This document shows, piece after piece, positions 1-12,789 of a DNA stretch of 64,000 nucleotides. A program made the translations under genes and the position numbers. The stretch lies in assembly GCF_009914755.1 (NCBI RefSeq), contig NC_060926.1. One strand, given 5' to 3'. Numbering within the stretch: position 1 is the first letter of the stretch; every line of letters starts with the position of its first letter. This DNA is from the human T2T-CHM13v2.0 reference genome, Homo sapiens. The notes under the pieces were generated by a model. The model made no database searches, was not told the origin of the DNA, and worked only from the letters and a program-made list of their open reading frames with translations.

Positions 1-348
1 TTAATTTGAAGTCCAGTTTAAATGGTTTATACTACTGGCAGAGTAGCATTGTTATGTTGATTCCAATATAAATACAAGGTTAAAATAGTTTCTCTAAGCC
101 ATTCTTTACTCTAGAGACGTTTCCACTTTCCTTTTAAGTATATTTATCACTGAGTCATCAAACGGCATACATAATTATCATGTATTTCTCCAACCTGAAC
201 TGCAGGAACAGTGAGAAATTTAATGCCTTATTGTCATTTTACTCTCAAAAAATTAAAAATACTTCCAGGAAGTTACTTTTTTCTCTTTATTTGAAAGCAA
301 TGAAATGGTTTTCTATTTATCTAAAAAGGCCATGACGTAACACCAACA

Positions 349-556
349 GTGAACCCTAACATAAACTATGGACTTGGGGTGGTTATGCTGTACCAGTGTA
401 GGTTTATAAATTATAACAAGTGTACCACTCCGATGGGGAACATTGATTAAGGTGGAAGCTGTGGAGGTGAAGGGTAGGGGAAATGTGAGAAATCTCTGTA
501 CTTTTCTCTAAATTTTACTGTGAACCTAAAAGTGCTATTTAAAAAATAGTCTTAAA
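349..556 (+). mobile_element. Old L1 (L1MC-type) 3' end fragment
   Basis: gtgaaccctaacataaactatggact...ctctgtacttttctctaaattttactgtgaacctaaaa resembles the L1MC 3' terminus. Confidence 0.75.
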
Positions 557-753
557 AAAGATTATCACAACTTCACAGTCCATTGTAGTTTGACAAAAGG
601 GAGTCCAACTCTAATCAACAGTATCTTTCTATTAGCCAAACCTTCTCTATTAGTTGAAAAGGAGTGTATATATTTTTGGGCTCTGTCAATGATAGAAATA
701 TTAGATGTCATCAACTTAATGAAATTGTCAAATATTAATATGGCCTTAGGACA

Positions 754-1785
<1,032 letters not shown>

Positions 1786-1787
<2 letters not shown>

Positions 1788-3174
1788 AGGCAGTGAGTGA
1801 GCATGCTACCCAGCCAGGGAAACTGTGCTTTTCCCATGGAACTGGGCAACCCATAGATCTAAAGATCCCACTGGCAAAGTCATGCCAGTGGGGCCTGACA
1901 TCCCAACCCCAAGAAGAGCAGATTCTTACAGCCTCTCAGCTGGAATCTGCTTAAGCCTGCCAAACTCCCAGTGGGAGGGGCAACCAGCACCAGTTGCAGC
2001 TGCCTGCTGTCTAAGCCATCTGACCTCCTTGGGGGACCTGCAGGAGCCAGCACTGGGACTCACAACTGCCTAAAATGCTAAGCTCGGTGGGCAGGGGAAG
2101 AGTGGAACCCATTTCTGTAGCTCCAGGCTGCACTTTTACCCTGCTGGAGCCAGGGAGGCTGAATGGCTTGGTTCTAAGACTTGTACTCACAGCCCAAAAT
2201 ACACCAGCTGTGGCAGTCTGTGGTGAGAGTGCCTCTTCAGGTCTAACCCTGACCCATCCTTTCTCAGTGGGTGGGGTTTCCCTACAGGATCTCCAATAAC
2301 TCCAGCCAGTCTCAGAAATAGAATTCAGATCTCCCTGGGCCTGAGCCACTAGCGGGAGGAGCGGCTGCAGTCTCTGCAGACCAGCAGACTTAGCCTCTCC
2401 TCCTGATAGTTCTCAGGAATCCAGGCAGCCCAGACAAGTGGGCTTCCCTCCAGCAAAACACACCCTTTCCACCAAGGGACAAAGTGCTTCATTAAACGGG
2501 TCCCACTCCCTGTGCCACCCAACTGGGTGAGACCCTCCAACAAGGGTTGTCAGACACCCTATACAGGAGTGATCCTATTGGCATCAGGTTGGTGCCCCTC
2601 AAGGTCAGAGGTCTCAGAAGAAGGAAAAGGCACCCATCTTTTCTGTTTTCTAGCCTCCTGGAGTGACATCTGTAGGCACAGGAGCAAGTCAGATGAACAG
2701 GGGCTGAAGTGAACCCCAGAAAACTGCAATAGCCCTATCTATAGAAGAAGGACCTGACTATTGAAAAAAACAAACAAACAAGCTGAAAGTGTCAACAACA
2801 GCATCACCACCACCAACAACAAAAGGCCACACAAAAACGCCATTCAAGGGTCAGCAGCCTCAAAGACCAAAACTAGACAAACTCACGAGAAGAGAAAGAA
2901 TCAATGAAAAAATGGTGAAAACCCAAAAGGCCAGAGTGCCTCTTCTCCGCCAAATGATTGTAATATCTCTCCATCAAGGACACAAAAATGGACAGAGAAT
3001 CAGATGGACAAATTGACAGAAATCAGCTGCAGAAGATGGGTAATAAAAAACTATGATGAGCTAAAGGAATATGTTCTAACCCAATGCAAAGAAGCCAACA
3101 ACCTTGATAAATGATTTTGCTAACTTTTGATAAAAGGTTTTCCTTGATAAGAGGAATTGCTAACTAGAATGACC
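1786..3174 (+). mobile_element. L1PA8-type piece B: 5'UTR lacking its first ~220 nt, plus start of ORF1
   Basis: GC-richer L1 5'UTR beginning ggaggcagtgagtgagcatgctacccagcc; ORF1 N-terminal sequence (gaaaacccaaaaggccagagtgcctcttctcc ... gaggaattgctaactagaa) from ~2890. Confidence 0.85.
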
Positions 3175-3378
3175 TACATGGCTCTCAAGTGGGCTGCAGG
3201 ACCACACTGCTCTTCTTTCCATGGGTCACACCAGCCTTCTAGTCAATTTTGATGAGACAACCTGGATACCTTGGTTGCCAGTGAAGGATTCACATGTTTA
3301 CTGTGTTTCATTTATTGTTTTTTTTTTTTTTTGATGGGAGCCTTGGAACGCCACTGCTTCTAGTCGGCCATCTTGGCC
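3175..3378 (-). mobile_element. L1PA8-type piece C: extreme 5' end of the 5'UTR, inverted
   Basis: Reverse complement starts ggccaagatggccgactagaagcagtggcg, the L1 5' terminus with the YY1 site (aagatggcc). Confidence 0.85.
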
Positions 3379-5712
3379 TTGGGATGCAAGACTGGTTCAA
3401 TATACAGAAATCAACCAACGTAATCCATCACATAAACAGAACCAAAGACAAAAGCCACTTGATTATCTCAAGAGATGCAGAAAAAGCCTTTAATAAAATT
3501 CAACATGACTTCATGTTAAAAAACATTCAGTAAACTAGTTACTGATGGAACACATCTCAAAATAATAAGAGGTATTTATGACAAAACCACAGTCAATATC
3601 ATATTGAATGAGCAAATGCTGGAAGCAATCCCTTTGAAAACATGTACAAGATAAGGATGCCCTCTCTCACCACTCCTATTCAGCATAGTATTGGAAGTTC
3701 TGGCCAGGGCAATCAGGCAAGAGAAAAATATACAGGGTATTCAAATAGGAAGAGAGGAAGTCAAGTTGTGTCTGTTTGCAGATGACATGATTTTATATTT
3801 AGAAAATGCCATCATCTCAGCCCAAAAACTTCCTGAACTGATAAACAACTTCAGAAAACTCTCAGGATACAAAATCGATGTGCAAAATCACAAGCATTCC
3901 TTTACACCAACAATAGGCAAGCAGAGAGCCAAATCACGAATGAACTCCTGTTCACAATTGCTACAAAGAGAATAAAATACCTAGGAATACAGCTTACAAG
4001 GGATGTGAAGGACCTCTTCAAGGAGAACTATAAACCACTGCTCAAGGAAATAAGAAAGACACAAACAAATGGAAAAGCATTCCATGCTCATGGATAGGAA
4101 GAATCAATATCGTGAACATGGCCATAATGCCCAAAGTAATTTACAGATTCAATGTTATTTCCATCAAACTACCATTGACATTCTTCACAGAATTAGAAAA
4201 AGCTATTTTAAATATCATGTGGAATCAAAGAAGACCCCATAGAGCCAAAACAATCCTAAGCAAAAATAACAAAGCTAGAGGCATCATGCTACCTGACTTT
4301 ATACTACAAGGCTACAGTAACAAAAACAGCATGGCACTGGCACCAAAACAGACATATAGACCAATGGAGCAGAACAGAGACCTCAGAAATAACACCACAT
4401 ATCTACAACCACCTGATCTTCGACAAACCTGACAAGAACAAACAATGGGGAAAGGACCTCCTATTCAGTAAATGGTGCTGGAAAAACTGGCTAGTCATAT
4501 GCAGAAAACTGAAACTGGACCCCTTCCTTACACCTTATACAAAAATTAACTCAAGATGGATTAAAAAGTTAAATGGAAAACCCAAGACCATAAAAACCCT
4601 AGAAGAAAACCTAGGCAATACCATTCAGGACATAGGCATGGACAAAGACTTCATGACAAAATGTCAAAAGCAATTGCCACATAAGCCAAAATTGACAAAT
4701 GGTACCTAATTAAACTAAAGAGCTTCTGCACAGCAAAAGAAACTATCATGAGAGTTAACAGGCAACCTACAGAATGGGAGAAAATTTTTGCAAAGTACCC
4801 ATCAGAGAAAGGTCTAATATCCAGAATTTACAAGGAACTTAAACATATTTACAAGAAAAAAACAAGCAACTCCATCAAAAAGTGGGCAAAGAATATGAAC
4901 AGACACTTCTCAAAAGAAGACATTTATGCAGCCAACAAACATAAGTAAAAAAACTCACCACCACCAATCATCAAAGAAATGCAAATCCAAACCACAGTGA
5001 GATATCATCCCATGTCTGTCAGAACAGATTATTAAACAGTGAGGAAACAATAGATGCTGGCAAGGCTATGGAGAAATAGGAACACTTTTACACTGTTGGT
5101 GGGAATGTGAATTAGTTCAACCATTGTGGAAGCCAGTGTGGTGATTCCTCAGGATTCCTAAAGGATCTAGAACCAGAAATACCATTTGACCCAGCAACCC
5201 CATTACTGGGTATATACACAAAGAATATAAATCCTTCTACAATAAAGATACATGCACACATATGTTTATTGCAGCACTATTTACAATAGCAAAGACATGG
5301 AACCAACCTAAATGCCCATCAATGATAGACTGGATTAAAAAAATGTTGTACATATACACCATGAAATCCTATGCAGCCATAAAAAGAATGAGATCAAGTC
5401 CTTTTCAAGGACATGGATGGAAGCCTGAGGATGGAAGCTGGAAGCCACCATCCTCAGCAAACTTACACAGGAACGGAAAACCAAACACCTCTTGTTCTCA
5501 CTCATAAGTGGGAGGTGAATATTGAGAACACCTGGACACAGAGAGGGGAACAACACACACCAGGGTCTGTTGGGGATGGGAGATGTGGGGAGGGAACTTA
5601 GAGGATGGGTCGTTAGGTGGAGCAAACCACCATGGCACACATATACCTAGGTAACAAACCTGCACATTATGCATATGTATCCCATTTTTTTAGAAGAAAT
5701 AAAGAAAAAAAG
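3379..5712 (+). mobile_element. L1PA8-type piece D: ORF2 RT to C-terminus, 3'UTR and A-rich tail (disrupted)
   Basis: GMQDWFNI..., [20 protein letters not shown]; 3'UTR ggagggaacttagaggatgggtc...gtatcccattttttt agaagaaataaa typical of L1PA8; multiple stops and frameshifts. Confidence 0.92.
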
Positions 5713-5896
5713 AATTTTCTTATTGATGTGTACATTTTACTTTACAATTACAGAAGCATATATAACAAAGTCGAGTAAATTTGTTTTCAGTTTTACTATT
5801 TAATCCAAATAACCATAAAACTATCCAGATAGCCACATTCCATAAAGTTCAAGTGTATTGTTCCATATCACTGTAGACATTTGTGTTGGTTATAGA

Positions 5897-5942
5897 AAAC
5901 ATATACAGATGGTAGCCTTAAACATATACAGATGGTAGCCTT
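5897..5942. repeat. Perfect 23-bp tandem duplication
   Basis: aaacatatacagatggtagcctt x2. Confidence 0.9.
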
Positions 5943-7208
5943 TTTGAAGATGCATAACCAATTAAAACTCCATCTAAACATTTGTTCTGGTGATTGAGAA
6001 TTAAACTCTATTTCTCACTAAAGGTAAAGCAAAATAATTATCTGCTTTTTTTCTGGCTGACTAGGATTGTAATTATTTCAAATCATTGCAGAACCAGATG
6101 ATAAACACAACATAGGGCAGCATCTTTCCAACTTCTTTGTTCATCCTTAACCTTTCTCTTCTATGCTACATTCACCACTCATCATCAATTTCCTCATTAA
6201 CTACTTACTTTCTACTGAGATAACAGATGGCAAAGAAGCCATAGTCCTGGTACTCAAGGTTTAGTCAGTCTTAAAATGGAGATAAGCATATACAACCGAA
6301 TTCATCTTGCATGCAAATATATGTTAAATTATTTCTGTGGAACACATTAATTCAAACATCTCATATACAAGAATCAATTCTTAGGCATTTTCTTTTCTCC
6401 TTCTTTACTTTTTATATAGGCTAATCTTATACAGTCCCACAGCTTTAACTCAGGCTATACGCTGATAACCGTCAAATAGATATCGTGATTCTTCAGATAT
6501 TATCTATTACCTGTTTATCCAGATATTATCATAAAAATATCAATTGATAAGGAAGAACAGAGAAAAAAGAAGGTTGTTGAATGATAAGGGAGAAATGTAA
6601 GTGAGGAAACTATATAAAGGAATGGTTTGACAATGGTTAAGGAATATGCATTGGATACTATCATTTCAAATCAAGATGGAGTAAAGAGATAAGATTTATT
6701 TTCTTCCCTGAATTAATAAAAAATTTTGACAAAATATGTAAAACAGTTGTCTTAAGACACTGAACATTACATAATGAAGTACAGTGATCCCTGAGAGATG
6801 GTGGGAAATGAACAAGGTAAGGCTTACAAAGATGCACACTTTCTGCTTTGAGAGAATTTCTGGGCTGTGGTACAAAGAAAGGGTACCTATCAGATACTAT
6901 GACTTGAAGAGACAGAACTGAGAATAAGAGGAGACCAAGCAGCTAGAATTTACAAGAAAAAATGCTGGAGAGGAGACATGGCCCCCACAAGCATTTGGCA
7001 TAATATTGATTGGCACATGGATGTAAAGAAACAACCTGAAAAAGCTGAGGAAAGAACCATCTCAAAGGACCGGGAGAGGAGTGGCTAACACTTCACACAT
7101 TTGAGAACATTCCCACCAGCCAGAAGAAAAAAACCTGTAATCCAGGGAGACCAGGTAGCATATTCAGAATGGTCTTGCCTCAGGAGTATGTAGTAATTAG
7201 TTCTCAAC

Positions 7209-7424
7209 CAGTGATTCTCAACCAGAGGTGATTTTGAACCCCATGGAACATTTAGAAATGTGTAGAAAAATGTGTGCTTGTCCAACTAAAGGTGGAGGGT
7301 GCTATTGGCATTAGGCAGGTAGATCTACGAATCATGCCAAACATCCTATTCGCACAGGACAATGATCTATGCTAAAAAATTATCCAACCCCAAATGTCAA
7401 TAATGCTGAAGTTGAACAACCCTG
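7209..7424 (+). mobile_element. MER20 (hAT-Charlie MITE)
   Basis: Termini cagtgattctcaacc ... gttgaacaaccctg; internal aaatgtcaataatgctgaag. Confidence 0.85.
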
Positions 7425-7825
7425 TCCTAGAATAAGACAGCTCTGTTCCCATCTAACAAATTTAAAAGGATCAAACTTTCCTAAAATAACATAACTGAGC
7501 CCCAGAAGAAAGTTCAAATATGAATACAAAAATATCTAGCACTCACAAGTTAATATTTACAATATTAGGCATCAAAGAAATTAGCAGGCCTGCAAAGGTG
7601 GAGAAAACATTAACTGAAAATAAAAAGAAAAAAAGTATTTAATCAAAGCCAACTCAGGTTTAGCAAAGATGTTAGCATTGTCAGACCAAAAACTTTAAAA
7701 TAAAAGTTATTATAATTCTATTTCACTTGATCAATAGATAAGTATAGAAATGTTTTAAATCTCACAAAGACCAAACTTCTCAAGATGAAAACTACAACAC
7801 ATGAGATAAAAAAAAAATTTGATGG

Positions 7826-8125
7826 GGCTGGGTGTGGTAGCTCATGCCTGTAATCCCAGCACTTTGGGAGGCCAAGGCAGGTGGATCATGAGGTCAGGAG
7901 TTTGAGACCAGCCTGGCCAACATAGTTAAACCCTGTCTCTACTAAAAATAGAAAAATTAGCCAGGCATGGTGGCGTGAGCCTTTAGTTCCAGCTATTCAG
8001 GAGGCTGAGGCAGGAGAATAGCTTGAACCTGGGAGGCAGAGGTTGTGCTGAGCCGAGATCATACCACTGCACTCCAGCCTGGGCAACAGAGTGAGACTCC
8101 ATCTCAAAAACAAAACAAACAAACA
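7826..8125 (+). mobile_element. AluS (Sg-like)
   Basis: Full Alu, ggatcatgaggtcaggagttt; TSD aaaaaaa(t/c)ttgatgg on both sides. Confidence 0.95.
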
Positions 8126-8849
8126 AAAAAAACTTGATGGGATTAATGGAAGATTAGGTACTGCAGTAGAAAAGTTAATGAACTTGAATTCACAGCCACA
8201 GAAATGAACCAAAATGAGAGACACAAACTTTTTTTTTTAATAGAAAAAGAACCTGTCATCAGGGAGCTGCAGACAATTTCAAATAGCTACATATTCATGG
8301 AACAGAAGCAGCATTCATGTGATTCCATACAGAAAAGTTATATAGAGGTGAGAATAGTTAAAACATTAAAACTGGAGCAGCCTAATGAAGATGTATTTGG
8401 AGACCCCATAGGATAGGAGAGGATGAGTCAGAGACATAAAAAAAAATTTAATATTAAATATTAATATTTCATATCTAATGAGGCAGACAGAAAAATGTCT
8501 CAGAACTTAAAAAATATAATGAAATCCCAAACCAAAGATATAAGAAGCTCAAGTCCAAGAAATATGAAGAAAACTACACCAAGGAATATCATAATCAAAT
8601 CACCTAAAATCAATGGTAAAGGGAAAAATTTAACATCAAGAGGTGTGCAAGGGTGCGTGTATGGTGTACACTGAATCAAAAGTAAGGATGACAGCAGATT
8701 TCTTATCATAAACAATGCAAGAGATAAAACAGCAGTATCATTAAAGTGCTGACATGAATTTTAAAAAAAAAACCCTGTCCACCTGGAATTCTATAACCAG
8801 CAAAAATATCTTCCAAAAATTAACATGAGGTAGGGGTATTTTAAGACAT

Positions 8850-11268
8850 ACAAATATTTCCTGTAATTCTGTGTGTTGTCTCTTCACTTTGTTAATTGTT
8901 TCAATCGCTGTGCAAAAGCTTTTTAGCTTGATGTAATCCCATTTGCCTATTTTATTTTTGGTTTTGTTGTCTGTGCTTTTGTGGTCTTGCCTAAAAACTC
9001 TTGGCCCAGATCAATGTCCTGTAGCAATTAATTCCCCAATATTTTCTTCTAGAAGTTTCATAGTTTTATGTCTTATGTGTAAGTCTTTAATCCATTTTGA
9101 GTTGATTTTTGTATATGGTAAAAGATGGGGTCTAGCTTCATTCTTCTGCATGGATATACAGTTTTCCTAGTACCATTGATTTAAGACTGTTCTTTCCCCA
9201 ATGTATATTTTTGATGACTTTGTCAAACATGAGTTGGCTGTAAGTGCATGAATTTATATCTTGTTTCTCTATTCTTTTCCACTGTTCTGTGTATTCGCTT
9301 GTTGCCAGTACCATATTGTTCTGGTTACTATAACTCTGTATTATAATTGGAAATCTGTTAGTGTGATGCCTCCAGCTTTTTTCCTTTTCCTCAAGATTGC
9401 TTTAGCTATTTAGGGTCTTTCGTGGTGCCATACTAATTTTAGGACCATTTTTCTTATTTCTCTGAAGAACGTCATTGGTATTTTCATAGGGAACCTGTAG
9501 ATTGCTTTAAGTGGCATGGACATTTTAAAAATATTAAATCTATCAATGAGAATGAAATATTTTTCCATTTCTTGGTGTCCTCTTCAATTTATTTCATCAC
9601 TGTTTTATAGTTTTCCTTGTAGAGATCTTTCATTTCTTTGATTAAATTTGTTGCTTTGTATAAATTGTTTCGTAGCTATTTTAAATGGGATTGCTTTCCT
9701 GATGTATTTTTCAGATTGATGGCTGTTAGTGTATAGAAACACACTAATTTTATATGCGGACAATGTATCCTGCAACTTTATGACATTCTTTTATCAACTG
9801 TAAAAATTTTTTGACGGAGTCTTTAGGGATTTTTAAATATAAAATCATGTCTTCCGCATAAAAAGCTAATTTGAATACTTCTTTTCCAGTTTGGATGCCC
9901 TTTATATTTTTCTCTTGCCTAGTTGCTCTGGCTAGACATTCCCATACCATATTGAATAAAAGTGGTGAAAGTGAGCATACTTGTTTTCTTCTACATCTTA
10001 GTGGAAAGGCTTTCAATTTTTCCCATTTAGTATATTATCTATTTGCTGTGGTCTTGTCATACTATATATGGCCTTTATTGTGTTGAGGTATGTTTCTTCT
10101 ATTCACAATTTGTTGAGACTTTTCATAATGAAGGGATGTTGAATTTTATTGAATGCTTTTCCAGCATCCATTGAAATAATCATGTAATTTTTGTCCTTGA
10201 TTCTGCTGATGTGATAAATCACATTTATTGATTTGTGTATGTTAAACTGTTTTTGCATCCTTAGGATGACTCCCACTTGATCACGGTGGATAATCTCTTT
10301 AACGTATTTTTGAATTCTGTTTGCTAATATTCTGTTGAAAATTGTTTTAACTTATTTTCACCTGGAATATAGGCCTGTAGTTGTTATTTCGTTGAGTCCT
10401 TGCTAGTTTTGTAACAAAGGTAATGCCAGTCTCATAGAATTATTTCATAAGTATTCCCTCCTCTTCAATTTTTTGAAATAGTTCGAGTAGATTTCATATT
10501 AGTTCTTCTTTATATGTTTGGTAGAAATCAGCAGTGAATTAATCAGGTCCTGAGCTTTCTATTATGACTTCAATCTAATTACTCATTATTTGTCTATTCA
10601 TATATTCTATTTCTTCATGGTTCAACCTTGGTATGCTGTATTGTTCAGATATTCATCCATTTCTTCTAGGTTTCCATTTTGCTGGCATATAGTTGTTCAT
10701 AATAGTCTCTAATGATCCTTTGTGTTCCTATGCTATGAGTCGTAATATTTCCTTTTTCATCTCTTTTTTATGTGTTTTTGTTAGATAGTCTAGTCAAAGG
10801 TTTGTCAGTTTTGTTAATATTTTATTTTTCTAGTATTAATTTCATATATTTCTGCTCTGACCTTTATTATGTCTGTCTTTCTACCAATTTGGGGCTTGGT
10901 TTATTCTTGCTTTTTTAGTTCCTTGAGGTGCATCATTTAGTTAGTTATATGGAATCTATTTTTTTAATATAGATATTTATTGCTTTAAACCTCCCTCTTA
11001 GTACTACTTTTGCTGTATCTTATAGGTTCCGGTATGTTTTGTTTCCATTTTTATTTGTTTCAGGAAATATTTCAATTTTCTTCTTAATTTCTTTTTTGAC
11101 CCACTTGTCATTGAGGAGCATGTTGTTTAATTTCCAGGTAGTTGTACAGTATCCAAAGTTCCTCTTTTGATTTATTTCTAGTTTTATTCCATTGTCATCA
11201 GAAAAAATACTTCATACGATTTCAATGTTTCTTGAATTTATGTGAGGATTGTTTTGTGGCCCCACATA
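8850..11268 (-). mobile_element. L1MA-type ORF2, inverted segment of a 5'-inverted insertion
   Basis: Minus-strand ORF MKAFPLR...LSPLLFNMV...AFYAEDMILYL (RT); right end lies in the EN domain. Confidence 0.85.
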
Positions 11269-12310
11269 TAGATTAATCACCAGAATATATACAAACTCAA
11301 TCAATTGAATAGCTTAAAAAAGAATAATCCAATTTAAGAATTGGCAAAATAACTGAATAGATATTTCTCAAAAGGAGACGTACTAATGGCAAACAGGTAT
11401 ATGAAAAAAATGTTCAGCATCACTAATCATCAAGAAATACAAATCAAAACCACAGTGAGATAGCATCTCAGCCCAGTTAGAACTGCTGTTATTAAAAAGA
11501 CCACAAAAATGGATGCATAAAAAAGAGAACAGTTGTACACTGTTGATGAGAATATAAAGTAATACAGCCATATGGAAATCAGCACAGAGGTTCCTAAAGA
11601 AACTAAAAATAGAAACACCATATGATTCAGCTATACCACTGCTCGCTATATATCCAGAAAGAGGAAATCAGTATATGGAAGCAGTGTCTGCACTCCCATG
11701 ATTATCACAGCACTATTCATAATAGCCAAGATTTGGAATCAACCTAAGTGTCCACCAACGGATGAATGAATAAAGAAATGTGGAATATATACAGAATAAA
11801 ATATTCAATCATAAAAATGAAATCCTGTCATTTGCAGCGACATGAATGAAACTGAAAGTCATCATGTTAAGTAAATTAACCCAGGCACAGTAAAATAAAT
11901 ATTAAATGCTCTCACTTATATGTGGAAATTACAAAGTGAACCTCATGGAAGTAGAGAGTAGAATGGCAAGGGAGAGTAGATGGCAAGGGAAGGGGTTGGT
12001 GGGGAATAAAGAGAGTTGGTTGGGGGGTATAAAAATACAGTTAAATAGAAGGAATAAGTTCTAGTATTTGATACTACAGTAGGGAAATTATAGTTAACAA
12101 TAAATTAGTGTGCATTCCAAAACAGCTAGGAGAGAAGAATTGTAATGTTTCCACCACAAAGAAAAAAAATCAACGTTCAATGTGTTAGAAATCTCAATTA
12201 CCCTGACTTGATCATTAAACATGATACATATGTATCAAAATATCACATGTACCGCTAAAATATGTGCAACTATATTAATTACAAAACTATACAATAATAA
12301 AAATTAAAGA
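11269..12310 (+). mobile_element. L1MA3/4-type ORF2 end and 3'UTR (sense segment of the same insertion)
   Basis: gattaatcaccagaatatat...; 3'UTR aaaaatacagttaaatagaaggaataagttctag...tatcacatgtacc; A-rich tail. Confidence 0.85.
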
Positions 12311-12437
12311 AAACACATGTAAAAGCTGAAAAAAGTTGTCATAAGGAGATACACATTAAACAAGTGTTAAAGGAAGTCTTTCAAGAAAAAGGAAACATAT
12401 CAGATGGAAAGATGGATTTATACAAGGTTATAAAGAA

Positions 12438-12584
12438 CTGCTCAGCAAAAGAAAATATCATCAGAGTTAACAGGCAACCTACAGAATGAGAGAAAATTTT
12501 TGCAATCTATCCATCTGACAAAGGTGTAATATCCAAAATCTACAAGGAACTTAAACAAATTTACAAGAAAAACAAACAACCCCA
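12438..12584 (+). mobile_element. Short internal L1PA ORF2 fragment without tail
   Basis: ctgctcagcaaaagaaaatatcatcagagttaacaggcaacctacagaat... closely matches 4726-4870. Confidence 0.8.
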
Positions 12585-12789
12585 AATATTGAGAAAATCG
12601 GTGAAAACAAAAGCTGAATCTTTCAGAAGAAAGAAAATCAGTGAAACCAAAAGCTGAGTCTTTGAGAAGATCAATAATATCAATAAATCTCTAGTTAGAC
12701 AGATCAATGACAGAGAGACAGAATTACTAATGTCAAAAATAAAAGAGGTAACATTACAGAGTCTCCATGTATTAAATGGCCGTTAATGG

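Larger units (their letters stand above)
6670..8850 (+). mobile_element. Old L1M (L1MD-like) 5'UTR and ORF1, interrupted by MER20 and Alu
   Basis: Starts caagatggag; degenerate ORF1 motifs (aaactacaccaaggaatatcataatcaaa; ggaattctataaccagcaaaaatatcttc); resumes at ~12315. Confidence 0.65.
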
